DNA of 64,000 nucleotides, taken from positions 14,604-78,603 of the forward strand of contig JBJXGH010000180.1 in NCBI GenBank assembly GCA_046153685.1, read 5' to 3'. The stretch's first letter is position 1. Each line of letters begins with the position of its first letter. The notes under the pieces are model-generated. The model had not been told where the DNA came from. It worked only from the letters and a program-made list of their open reading frames with translations, and did not search any database. This document shows, piece after piece, positions 36,171 through 44,766 of the stretch. A program made the translations under genes and the position numbers. The DNA comes from Alphaproteobacteria bacterium (GTDB lineage: Bacteria > Pseudomonadota > Alphaproteobacteria > CADEGL01).

Positions 36171-37424
36171 TCAGCGCAGTGGCGGATCGGGGTTCCAGCC
36201 CAGGACCGCCAACATGACCAAAAAGCCGGAGATATAGGCGAGCGGCACATGCCAGCCCGCGCGCAGCCAGCGCACGACCGAGCGCGCCTCGATGAATTGA
36301 CTGGCAAGGGCAATGCCGGCGGAAGAGCCGAACCAGATCATCGAGCCGCCATAACCCACGGCATAGGCGAGGAAGCCCCAATCATAGCCGCCCTGTTCGA
36401 GCGCGAGTTTGGTGAGGGGAATGTTGTCGAACACCGACGACACGAAACCCAAGCCGAGCGCGGTTTGCCACGAGGCGTCGGGCAGGTGTTGGACCGGCAT
36501 CATCGAGGCAATGGTCACGAGCGATAGCAGGAAGACCGCGCCCTTGAAGGTCTCGGGCAATGCCTGCCAATCGGGCCGGCGCAAGGGGGCGGTGACGAGG
36601 ATCGCAGCCCAGACGGCAAGGCCGATCACGGGCAGGGCATCCAACATCGCGGGCGCGCGAAGATTTGCCGCGACATTGGCGCCGACGGCGCAGACGAGGA
36701 TGAGCGCCACGATGGCGAGGCGCACCCAATCGATGCGCGCGCCGGGAATCGCGTCTTTCACGATCGGCGCGTGGGCGTGCTGCTGGCGCGCGGCGAAATA
36801 CCCGGAGACGGCGAGGGCGACCGTCGCGGCGACAAAGGCCTCGATCACCGAGAGCGGACTTACCCCGGAAATCCACATCATGGTGGTGGTCGTGTCGCCG
36901 ACCACGCTGCCCGCGCCGCCGGCGTTCGCCGCGGCGACGATGGCGGCGAGGTAGCCGATGTGCACGCGATCACGGAACACGGTCTTGGCGATCATCCCGC
37001 CGATCAGCGCGCTGGCGATATTGTCGAGCAAGGCCGAAAGCACGAACACGATGGCGAGTAGGGCAAATCCGCCCGTCCAGTCATCGGGAAGCACGGCGGG
37101 CATGGCCTCCGGCACGCCGCTTTTCTCGAAATGGCGCGACAGCAGCGCAAAGCCCATGAGCAGGCAGAACAGATTCGCCAAAATGACCCATTCGTGGATC
37201 ATGTGATCGAGTAGCCCGCCAAATCCGGGGCCGCCGGAAAATCCGGTGAAGACGAGTTTGTAGGCCACGACCGCGCCGAGCCCCGACAGCGCCAACGCCA
37301 GGGTATGGCGGTGGAAGAACGCGATGCCGGCGAGCGTCGCCGCGAACAGGATGAAGTCGACCGGGACGGGGCCGATCATCACGGGTTGAATGTCGGGAAG
37401 TTCCATCGTGGCTGCCGACGTCAT
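36171..37424 (-). CDS. Ion-transporter superfamily permease (ArsB/NhaD/citrate-transporter-like)
   Basis: 417-aa polytopic membrane protein with an internal two-fold repeat, Gly-rich helices and ...DNIASALIGGMIAK... Confidence 0.6.
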   Translation of the reverse strand: MTSAATMELPDIQPVMIGPVPVDFILFAATLAGIAFFHRHTLALALSGLGAVVAYKLVFTGFSGGPGFGGLLDHMIHEWVILANLFCLLMGFALLSRHFEKSGVPEAMPAVLPDDWTGGFALLAIVFVLSALLDNIASALIGGMIAKTVFRDRVHIGYLAAIVAAANAGGAGSVVGDTTTTMMWISGVSPLSVIEAFVAATVALAVSGYFAARQQHAHAPIVKDAIPGARIDWVRLAIVALILVCAVGANVAANLRAPAMLDALPVIGLAVWAAILVTAPLRRPDWQALPETFKGAVFLLSLVTIASMMPVQHLPDASWQTALGLGFVSSVFDNIPLTKLALEQGGYDWGFLAYAVGYGGSMIWFGSSAGIALASQFIEARSVVRWLRAGWHVPLAYISGFLVMLAVLGWNPDPPLR

Positions 37425-37543
37425 GGGCCCTCTAAGCGGCGGGTGAGGCCGACGCGCGCGCTGTCCTTGCCTGCGTGCCCGCGATTTGCATCGCGAACCG
37501 GCCGGGTGGAATCAGCAAGGCCGGATGCGGAAAATTGCGCACT

Positions 37544-38392
37544 CTAGGCGCGCCAGACCACGGGGAACAATTCGCTGTCGAGCGCGTCGCCGGGTTTCAG
37601 CGCATGGCCGGTGAAGCTGGGCGAGGTGCCCTCGGGCCGTTCGATATAGCGGACATCCTCGCCCGCGAATCGAAAGGTGGTGGCGCGCAAAGCCCTGCCC
37701 GTGGATTTGTTGCCGGGCGCGCCGTGCAGGGCGTAGCCGTGAAAGACGATGCAATCGCCCGGCTCCATCGCCCAGCGCAGAACATTCTCCGCCTCGGGCC
37801 CGGTTTCGAGATCGGGAATGTCCTTGGCGTCGGGTCGGTCGGGGGCCGCGAAATGCGCCGATTTGCCGCCGTCGCGGAAGCTCAGGCGCTTGAAGCGGCC
37901 CATGCGGTGCGAACCGCGATAGAAGGACAGCACGCTATCGAGCGGTGCCTCGTCGAGCGGCAGCCACACGCTTGCCACGGTGTCGCCCTCGACCGGCCAA
38001 TAGGGCATGTCCTGGTGCCAGGGCGTCGGTTGATCGAGGCCGGGTGTGCGATAGAACACGCCGTCCCAGAGAAGATTTATCTTGCGCGACCGCGTAAAGC
38101 GCGCCGCCATTTCCGCGGCGCCCGATTCCCAGATGAAACGCCGGAACGCCGCGATGCGCGGCCAGCTGTACGAGACATTGAAGAACACGTTCGCCTGACC
38201 CGGACCGCCCGCATACCAATGGGTGTCGGCGGCGGGATCGCTGCGCGATTGCTCCGCTCCCTCGCGCAATTCCGCGATCCAATCGGCGTCGAACGCGCCG
38301 CGCAAGCATACCGCGCCGTCGCGCCAGTACGCGGCGATGTCTTCATCCGTCGCCAGCCGCGCGGGCGAAAGCGGTCGCGCCGCCATGTTCAT
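37544..38392 (-). CDS. Phytanoyl-CoA dioxygenase (PhyH) family Fe(II)/2-oxoglutarate oxygenase
   Basis: ...TPWHQDMPYWP... (HxD) ... IVFHGYALHGAPGN (distal His) is the PhyH fold; ectoine-hydroxylase-type enzymes belong here. Confidence 0.75.
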   Translation of the reverse strand: MNMAARPLSPARLATDEDIAAYWRDGAVCLRGAFDADWIAELREGAEQSRSDPAADTHWYAGGPGQANVFFNVSYSWPRIAAFRRFIWESGAAEMAARFTRSRKINLLWDGVFYRTPGLDQPTPWHQDMPYWPVEGDTVASVWLPLDEAPLDSVLSFYRGSHRMGRFKRLSFRDGGKSAHFAAPDRPDAKDIPDLETGPEAENVLRWAMEPGDCIVFHGYALHGAPGNKSTGRALRATTFRFAGEDVRYIERPEGTSPSFTGHALKPGDALDSELFPVVWRA

Positions 38393-38520
38393 GCCGCTTC
38401 TCCCCGAAGGCCTGTCGATCAGGCGACCGAATTATAGGGCCGAAACCGGACCGCCGCGAGAGCGCGCGTCGCGCCGCCTTGCCGGGGCGAGAGGGCGGAT
38501 CGTTATCGTGCGGTTCCCGC

Positions 38521-38571
38521 GTCGCGTCACCCCCAGTCGCGTCACCCCCAGTCGCGTCACCCCGAGTCGCG
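38521..38571. repeat. Tandem repeat, 3 copies of a 15-bp unit (GTCGCGTCACCCCCA)
   Basis: gtcgcgtcaccccca gtcgcgtcaccccca gtcgcgtcaccccga read directly, in the divergent promoter region between the PhyH gene and the double-EctC gene. Confidence 0.6.
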
Positions 38572-38629
38572 CGGGATCGCACGGTGCGTCATAATCCCTG
38601 TCTTGGCGCAGGGGATGGGGGGAAACGAT

Positions 38630-39457
38630 ATGTTCATTCGCACGCTCGACGGGCTTCGGGCCGAGGGCCGGATCAAATCCCTGGTTGGCGACACCACGCG
38701 CTCGGCGCGCTTTCTGGTGGCCGCGGACGGCTTGGGCTTTTCCTACAACGACAACCGGGTTGCCAAGGGTTCGGACACGAATCTTTGGTACAAGAATCAC
38801 TGGGAAGCCAATTACATCGTCGCGGGCGGCGCCGAGGTCACGGACTATGCCACCGGCCAGGTTCATGCGCTGGGGCCCGGCGATCTTTACACCGTCGGTC
38901 CGAACGACCGGCACCGCTTCCGCGTGACCGAGGATGAACACCATGTGAGCGTGTTCTGCCCGCCCTTGCGCGGCGACGAACGCCATGACGCAGATGGCGG
39001 GTACGAGGGCCACGCGCCCGGACCCAAGACCGCGCGGCGCATGTTCGTCAAACGCGGCGCGGAGATGCGTGCCGCCGGCCAGGAACTGATCTTCGCGGAC
39101 GGCAAGGACCGGACGCTGCGGATGTTGACCCAGGCGGACGATCTCGGCTTCGGCTTCTCCGACGTGCACTTCACCGCCGGCGCCGATACCGTGATCTGGT
39201 TCAAGCACCATTGGGAGGCGAACCACATCCTCTCCGGCACGCTCGAGGTCACCGAATTGACCACGGGCAAGGTGCACCGGGTGGAGCCGGGCATGGCTTA
39301 TAATGTCGGGCCCAAGGACCGCCACCGCCTGCACGCGCTTAGCGACGTGCACCTCATCAGCATTTTCTGCCCGGCCTTGCGCGGCGACGAAACCCATGAC
39401 GCGGACGGCTCGCTCTCGCCGAGCGGCCCCGTGCCGCCCGGCCCGAAGGGTGGCTGA
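38630..39457 (+). CDS. Tandem double EctC-like (ectoine-synthase-fold) cupin protein
   Basis: Two consecutive about 130-aa modules. Each matches EctC: MFIRTLDGL...WYKNHWEANYIVAGGAEV...VFCPPLRGDERHDADG and MFVKRGAEM...WFKHHWEANHILSGTLEV...IFCPALRGDETHDADG, against EctC's HYKHHFEAVYCIEGEGEV...VFTPGLTGNEVHREDG. Confidence 0.7.
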   Translation: MFIRTLDGLRAEGRIKSLVGDTTRSARFLVAADGLGFSYNDNRVAKGSDTNLWYKNHWEANYIVAGGAEVTDYATGQVHALGPGDLYTVGPNDRHRFRVTEDEHHVSVFCPPLRGDERHDADGGYEGHAPGPKTARRMFVKRGAEMRAAGQELIFADGKDRTLRMLTQADDLGFGFSDVHFTAGADTVIWFKHHWEANHILSGTLEVTELTTGKVHRVEPGMAYNVGPKDRHRLHALSDVHLISIFCPALRGDETHDADGSLSPSGPVPPGPKGG

Positions 39458-39610
39458 AGAACCGGCCTCGCGGGGATTTGCGCTGGGTTACGGGTCGGGC
39501 GTGATCGAGGATCGGGCGCGGGTGCGCATCATTGGCCAGCGGCGCGCAAGCCGCGATTGGAATTTCGCAATCATCGAGAAATAAGGAAAAGAGAAAAGAA
39601 AGGAACTCCC

Positions 39611-39913
39611 ATGTTCGCACGCATCAATCGCTTCGAGGTCGCCGACAACAAGGAGGCCGAACTGACCGCTGCGTACCGCAAGACCATCGAGGTGGTGAAA
39701 GCCGAGCCCGGCTTTCTTGAAGCCGTACTGATGATCGAGCCAGGGACCCAACAGGCCGTGTCGGTCACGTTCTGGGACACGAAGGAAAACATGGAACGCA
39801 CGGGCAAGGCGGGCCAGGGCTCCATGCTCGAAAAAATCCTGCCCATCGTGCGGCCATTCCAAAAGGCCCCGCCTGTGCACAAGCACTACGAGGTCAAGTT
39901 GCGGATGAAGTAG
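39611..39913 (+). CDS. Antibiotic-biosynthesis-monooxygenase (ABM/Dabb) domain protein
   Basis: MFARINRFEVADNKEAELTAAYRKTIEVVKAEPGFLEAVLMIEP...SVTFWDTKENMERT is a ferredoxin-like ABM fold. Purine-rich SD (AAGGAAAAGAGAAAAGAAAGGAA) upstream of ATG 39611. Confidence 0.6.
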   Translation: MFARINRFEVADNKEAELTAAYRKTIEVVKAEPGFLEAVLMIEPGTQQAVSVTFWDTKENMERTGKAGQGSMLEKILPIVRPFQKAPPVHKHYEVKLRMK

Positions 39914-40265
39914 GGCTAGGGCGCGGGGTCGGGGCGGCGGAACCGGCCAGGCGTGTCCCCGACCGCCGCCGCTTGCAGCCAGGCGGGGCGATTGCGACGC
40001 CGTCCGGTCACGCAGCGCGATCGGTAATCTGCCACCGGTTCGCGCCAAGCACGACATTCCGGCGATGCAAAGGGATGCCACGCCCGGTCGGGGGATCCGG
40101 TCGCGCGCTTTGCGCGCCGATCATCCCATTGCGCCGCCGTCCGGACAGGCGCGAACGCGGAACGGATTGTGCCGATCATTGGATGAAAGTTGGCGATCGG
40201 ATTGGCGTTCGGGCGCTGGTCACGGCCGTTGTTCTTCCATTGCTTGAGGGTATATTGCCGCGGCC

Positions 40266-40886
40266 ATGTTCAAGCGGTCAATCTGGCAGAGGCGCGGCAG
40301 GTGTTGCTTCGCACTCTTCGGCCTCCTGCCGTTCATCCTCTGGAGCGCTCCCGCTTCCGCCCATCCCCATATCTGGATTGATGCTTCGGCGACCTTCATC
40401 TTTGCCCAGGGCAGACTCACCGCGCTGCGCATGGAATGGGCCTTCGATCCCTTGTTCAGCGATTTCTTGCGCCAGAAATTCGATCCCAAGCGCACAGGGA
40501 AATTCGACGAGGCGACGCTGAACCAGATGAAGGTCGATCTCAACGGCGCGCGGGAGGACGGCTATTTCATCCATCTGCGCCTTGGCGATGCGCCCCAGAA
40601 GATCGATCGGCTCGCCGATTTCGCGGCGTCCTACCGCGACAAGCAGATAGTCTATCGTTTCGTCGTGCCGCTGGCCGCGCCGGCCGATCCCGTCGCCACG
40701 CCGGTGACGCTCAAGCTCTACGATTCGTCGTTCTATGTGGACGTTGGGCTGGACAAGTCCGACCCCGTTCGCTTCGAAGGCGAACGGCCGGGGTGCGTGT
40801 TCGATATCCGCGAGGACAAGGCGAATCCGATCTATTTCGGCCTCGTCTTTCCTCAGCGCATCGAGCTCAAGTGCAAGAAGACATGA
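40266..40886 (+). CDS. DUF1007 family periplasmic protein (COG3683-like; partner of RcnA/NicO-type metal transporters)
   Basis: Signal peptide then HPHIWIDASATFIF...LKLYDSSFYVD, characteristic of DUF1007. Translationally coupled (ATGA) to the downstream permease. Confidence 0.65.
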   Translation: MFKRSIWQRRGRCCFALFGLLPFILWSAPASAHPHIWIDASATFIFAQGRLTALRMEWAFDPLFSDFLRQKFDPKRTGKFDEATLNQMKVDLNGAREDGYFIHLRLGDAPQKIDRLADFAASYRDKQIVYRFVVPLAAPADPVATPVTLKLYDSSFYVDVGLDKSDPVRFEGERPGCVFDIREDKANPIYFGLVFPQRIELKCKKT

Positions 40887-41683
40887 GCCTGCCCCTTCTA
40901 TCTGTCGCGGACGGAGGGCTATTGTCCTGGCTCGTCCGTTCCGCCATCGCCTTCCAGCGCGTCGCCAATGAGGAGATCGCGGCGCGCATGGGCGCCGTCG
41001 CCGATGGCGGGTCGGCCTCGGCCCTGCTCACGGCAATAGGTCTCGGATTGCTCTACGGCGCGATCCACGCCGCCGGGCCTGGGCACGGCAAGCTGGTGGT
41101 CGTCAGCTATTTTCTTGCCGAGCGGGCGGCCATCTGGCGCGGACTCCTCATGGGCGCGCAGATCGCATTTTTCCATGTCGTCTCCGCGGTCATCGTGGTC
41201 GGGCTCGCCGACGTCCTCATGCGCCAAAGCTTCGGTCGTCCGCCGGAGGAGATCGCGGGCGTCCGCATCGCCAGCTACGTCGCCATCATCTCCATAGGCC
41301 TCGCCCTTCTCGTTCGCGCGACCCTGCGCCTGCGTCACCGCCATGATCATGGCTGCCATCACGGCCATTCCCATGGCGGTCAAGGGCTGCTGGCGCTGGC
41401 CGTGGGCATGGTGCCCTGCACCGGCGCGGTGCTGGTGATGCTTTACGCCTTGGCGAACGGGATCGTCCTGGCGGGCATGCTAGTGACCATCGCCATCGGC
41501 ATTGGCATGGCGGTGAGCATGGGCCTCATGGGGATCGCCGCCGTGGTGGCGCGCGCGGCCGCAAGCCGTTGGATCGAGCGCGGGGGCCGGCCCGTCTGGG
41601 GGAGCGTCATCGAGATCGCCGGCGCCCTGGCCGTCACGGCTCTGGGCGCTTTTTTGCTCGCAGGGACGATTCTTTCTCGGTAG
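40884..41683 (+). CDS. Nickel/cobalt transporter-like permease (RcnA/NicO, COG2215) with His-rich loop
   Basis: ...AIHAAGPGHGKLVVVSYF... (NicO signature) and a His-rich loop RLRHRHDHGCHHGHSHGG. Start at ATG about 40884 inside the listed out-of-frame ORF. Confidence 0.7.
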
Positions 41684-41743
41684 GTCAGGTCTTTCTCGGT
41701 AGGTCGGCCCCTCGGTAGGTCGGACCTTTCTCGGTAGGTCGGG
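41670..41743. repeat. Tandem repeat, about 4 copies of an 18-19-bp unit (TTTCTCGGTAGGTCGG)
   Basis: ctttctcggtaggtcag gtctttctcggtaggtcgg cccctcggtaggtcgg acctttctcggtaggtcgg, starting in the last codons of the RcnA-like gene. Confidence 0.6.
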
Positions 41744-41864
41744 CGAAAAAGCACGCGGGGGGGAAAACTCCAGCCTCGATCGCGGCGCCTCTTTTGCGAC
41801 AATCGGGCTTGGAAAAACCGAGATACCGGAGGCACTAGGCCGGCCTACTACGCGCGTTCCGGTC

Positions 41865-42030
41865 AATCGCGGCCTGCCTGTGCGACCGAAACGCCGCGAT
41901 CTTTGACCAGTCTAACCGCCTCGAGCTTGAACTCGCGGCTGAAGCTTCTTCTCTGCGCCATGATCGTCCTCCAGTTCCAGTGTGACACCTATCTTTGTGT
42001 CCACGGAACCCGGAGCAGCCCAACCAGCTT
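41865..42030 (-). mobile_element. IS3-family insertion-sequence remnant (left end + truncated orfA N-terminus)
   Basis: Minus-strand GGAGGACgatcATG followed by MAQRRSFSREFKLEAVRLVKDRGVSVAQAGRD*, the IS3-family OrfA N-terminal HTH, truncated by a stop. About 60 bp of upstream sequence is repeated at 43098-43165. Confidence 0.5.
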
Positions 42031-42049
42031 GACGCGGTTGCTCATGTCA

Positions 42050-42589
42050 TCAGCCAGTAGACGGGGCGGTGCAACTGGCTCCGTTGCCACCCACGGGAAC
42101 TGTATCCTCAGGTTCGCCGACCTCGAGAGGCTTCTCCACGAGTGTGCCGATGATGCTGCCAAGGGTCAGGTCGTCGACATGACCGAAGCGCTGAAATCGG
42201 TGGAAACCGTTGCGGTCGATCACCACGAGCGTTGGCGTCCCCTGCATGTTGTAGGCGGTCATCGTCACCGGCAGACGGCCATCCTGCCGGTCGATGCCGA
42301 TCGGGAAACTCAGGCGGTATTCATGAGCGAATGCGGTGAGGGCCGCGTGCGTACCTTGCACCTCGTGATGTTCGAAGACCGTGTGAAGACCGATCACCGC
42401 GACATGGTCGCTCGGGAACACTTGAGCGATGCGCTGCGCTTGCGGCAAGCCGTGCGAGACGCAGCCTGGGCAAAGCATCTGGAAGGCTTCGATGATGAGG
42501 ACGCGGCCTCGGAAGTCAGGAATGTCGAGGGACTTGTTGGCATTGAGCCATCCACTGGTCTGGAGTGGCGGCGCACGATGCGGGGTCAT
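42050..42589 (-). CDS. Thioredoxin-fold redoxin (CPGC active site; AhpC/TSA/TlpA-like)
   Basis: ...GRVLIIEAFQMLCPGCVSHGLPQ...GTPTLVVIDRNG is a thioredoxin fold with a CxxC motif. Confidence 0.65.
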   Translation of the reverse strand: MTPHRAPPLQTSGWLNANKSLDIPDFRGRVLIIEAFQMLCPGCVSHGLPQAQRIAQVFPSDHVAVIGLHTVFEHHEVQGTHAALTAFAHEYRLSFPIGIDRQDGRLPVTMTAYNMQGTPTLVVIDRNGFHRFQRFGHVDDLTLGSIIGTLVEKPLEVGEPEDTVPVGGNGASCTAPSTG

Positions 42590-43059
42590 GGTGGGCGGTT
42601 CCTTTTCGCCTGATGAAGGTCCGGGCTCCCCGAGGGAGGGCCAGGCTGGGTTCGGATCATGCCACCCGCTTCAACTGGACGGCTGGAAAATCGATCGGAA
42701 CGTCCAGTGCCGTGAAATCGCGCCCAATCGTGACCCCGCCCGCGAAGCCATATAACGCATTGCATTGATTGCAGGATAGTCGAATTCGGTGAAGTCGCGT
42801 TTCGCGTCCAACCGCGACGCCTCCCAGCCACTCGATCCGATTGTTCCATCAACGAATTGGCGCCATCTGGTGGTGGGATCACGATTGGGCGCGATTTTAT
42901 ACCTTGTCGATCCGCTTCAATGTGGCCGACGCCGCGCGCCTCGGATGCTTCGACCGGTCCGTCGGCGTAGGGCCAGTTCATCCTACGTCGTCAGCTGCGC
43001 GAACCAAACACCGCGATCACTACGCGGGTCGTCCGTATTTCACAACGGTGTCGCCGTGC

Positions 43060-43165
43060 CGGCCGTTACGGATTGGCAATCCTGTATTTCACTCGTCGTC
43101 CAGCCATGACCGTCTTCCAGCTCCAAAGTGACAGCTAGCTCGGTGTCCGTGGAACCCGCCTGCCC
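43060..43165 (-). mobile_element. Second, more degraded copy of the IS3-family left-end remnant
   Basis: gggttccacggacac...tgtcactttggagctggaagacggtcATGgctgg is about 75% identical to the 41951-42025 copy. The short ORF MAGRRVKYRIANP* has diverged from MAQRRSFSREFK. Confidence 0.4.
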
Positions 43166-43360
43166 GCTCCAGGCAATTTGGAGCAATTAGGGCTCTGTTG
43201 TATAAGTAAATAGGTAATTTTTGGGAACCGTTCGGGCATAAGCGGGTCATAACGCCAGACCGTTTCCGGGGCAGTCGCACCTCTTTCCCCCTTTTCTTTT
43301 TGGAGACGGCCAATTTCGAACGCCACGCATGCCTCGCTAGGACGCGGCATCGCGATCACG

Positions 43361-44191
43361 ATGCTCGCGTGGTCGATCTTTCCGTCGCTCGATGCGATCT
43401 CAAAGTTCCTTGCCGACGGCTATAATGTTTACTTCGTGCTGTGGGCCCGGTTCGCCGCCCAGCTCCTGGTCGGCGTGTTGATCGTGCTGCCGCGCGGCTT
43501 GATCGGCACGGCCCGAACGCCCTTTCTGAGCCAGCAGCTGCTTCGCTCCGGCGGCTTCACCGCCCACACCGTCATATTCATCCTGGGCATCCTCACTTTG
43601 CCGCTGGCCGAGGGCAGCGCCCTGCTTTTCACGGGGCCAATCATGCTGGCCGCGCTTTCGGTGCCTCTCCTGAACGAGCGGGTGGACCGCGCCACCTGGA
43701 TCGCCGTGCTGGCCGGCTTCGCCGGTGCCATGGTCGTGATTCGCCCCGGCCTCGACTTCGCCAATTGGGGCGCCCTGCTGGTGCTGCTATCGACGCTCTG
43801 CTTCGTGCTTTACCAGATCGCCACGCGCTCGCTGGCGCAGCGCGAGAATCCCTACACGACTCTTCTTTACACGCCGGCGGTCGGCGCGGTCGCCCTGGGC
43901 CTGTGCTTGCCCTGGACCTGGTCGGCGCCCAGCATGCATGACGCCGCGTTGATGGGGCTGATGGGCCTGGTTGGCGCGGTGGGCCATTTGATGCTGATCA
44001 AGGCTTATGAAAACGCAGGCGCTGCCCAGCTCGCGCCCTACAGCTACGTGCATATCCTTTCGGCGGCTCTGCTGGGATATGCCGTCTTCGGCGACGTGCC
44101 AGATCTGTGGGCCGCGGCCGGTGCCGCGATCATCGCAGTTAGCGGGCTGTGGCTGGCCTGGCGCAAGGGCGTCACGGGCCGAGTCGCCTAG
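43361..44191 (+). CDS. DMT-superfamily (EamA-like) transporter
   Basis: 10-TM EamA-type architecture with two repeats (...LFTGPIMLAALSVPLLNERV..., ...GLMGLVGAVGHLMLIKAYE...). No in-frame start exists upstream before a stop, so the N-terminus may be slightly truncated by the adjacent IS remnant. Confidence 0.65.
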   Translation: MLAWSIFPSLDAISKFLADGYNVYFVLWARFAAQLLVGVLIVLPRGLIGTARTPFLSQQLLRSGGFTAHTVIFILGILTLPLAEGSALLFTGPIMLAALSVPLLNERVDRATWIAVLAGFAGAMVVIRPGLDFANWGALLVLLSTLCFVLYQIATRSLAQRENPYTTLLYTPAVGAVALGLCLPWTWSAPSMHDAALMGLMGLVGAVGHLMLIKAYENAGAAQLAPYSYVHILSAALLGYAVFGDVPDLWAAAGAAIIAVSGLWLAWRKGVTGRVA

Positions 44192-44580
44192 CTGATCCGG
44201 CGCCCGAATCGACGTGACCGAAGCGGCGTATTGTCGCCGGCGCCGGGAGTATGGCGCGCTAAAGGTTGCGCGGGCGTCGCGGATGAAGGTGCTGGCGGAA
44301 AAAACTCGCGGCTTCACAAGTCGGTATCGAACTTGACGCTGGGCGCACCAATCCTGAAATGAAGTGATTGACGAAAAGTTCAAAACTCCTCGCGGCGCCG
44401 TGCGTGGCGTATGATCGGCAGGCACCGTTCGACCCAGCGCAATCCCGCCCGGCCACGATTCGGCTAGCAACGCTTGTACGAGGTATTGAAGAAGCTCTTC
44501 GTCGTTCTCCAAGTATTGGTCACGGATTGCTCGCCGAAATACGGTGCCGCTGCTTGCGTTCTCGGAACATAAAACCACCA

Positions 44581-44680
44581 TGCGCTGTCGATGGCGCAAC
44601 AACCAAGTCGAGAATTCGCATCAGTTGACCCGGCGAAGAGAACGCAAGATGCAAGAATTCAAGAGCCCGGGCTCTGACCG
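44581..44680 (+). mobile_element. Possible IS6-family transposase C-terminal fragment
   Basis: Translation RCRWRNNQVENSHQLTRRRERKMQEFKSPGS resembles the conserved IS6-family transposase C-terminal motif (LNNRAENSHQPTRRRE..M..FKS). Low-GC surroundings; no intact transposase present. Confidence 0.35.
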
Positions 44681-44766
44681 ACCCCCACCGAGTGTAAAAT
44701 CGCCACTCAGGGAGTCATTATTGAAAGTGATTTTACAAGGGGGCGTTCCAACGGTAATTTTTCCGC

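Noticed and set aside
34789-36313. ORFs 34789..36048 (+) and 35006..36313 (-)
   Set aside because: They overlap the GlpD-like gene and the transporter gene; Arg/Ala-rich with no motifs.
37475-39397. ORFs 37475..38437 (+) and 38432..39397 (-)
   Set aside because: Antisense to the PhyH and double-EctC genes respectively.
39914-40265. Zur/Nur-type operator upstream of the DUF1007/RcnA pair
   Set aside because: No convincing AT-rich palindrome seen by eye. Only an 8-bp GGCGGCGG/CCGCCGCC inverted repeat with a 22-nt loop after the ABM gene.
43787-44602. 271-aa minus-strand ORF
   Set aside because: Antisense to the DMT transporter for most of its length, with no recognisable fold. Its 5' part lies in the low-GC IS-fragment region.
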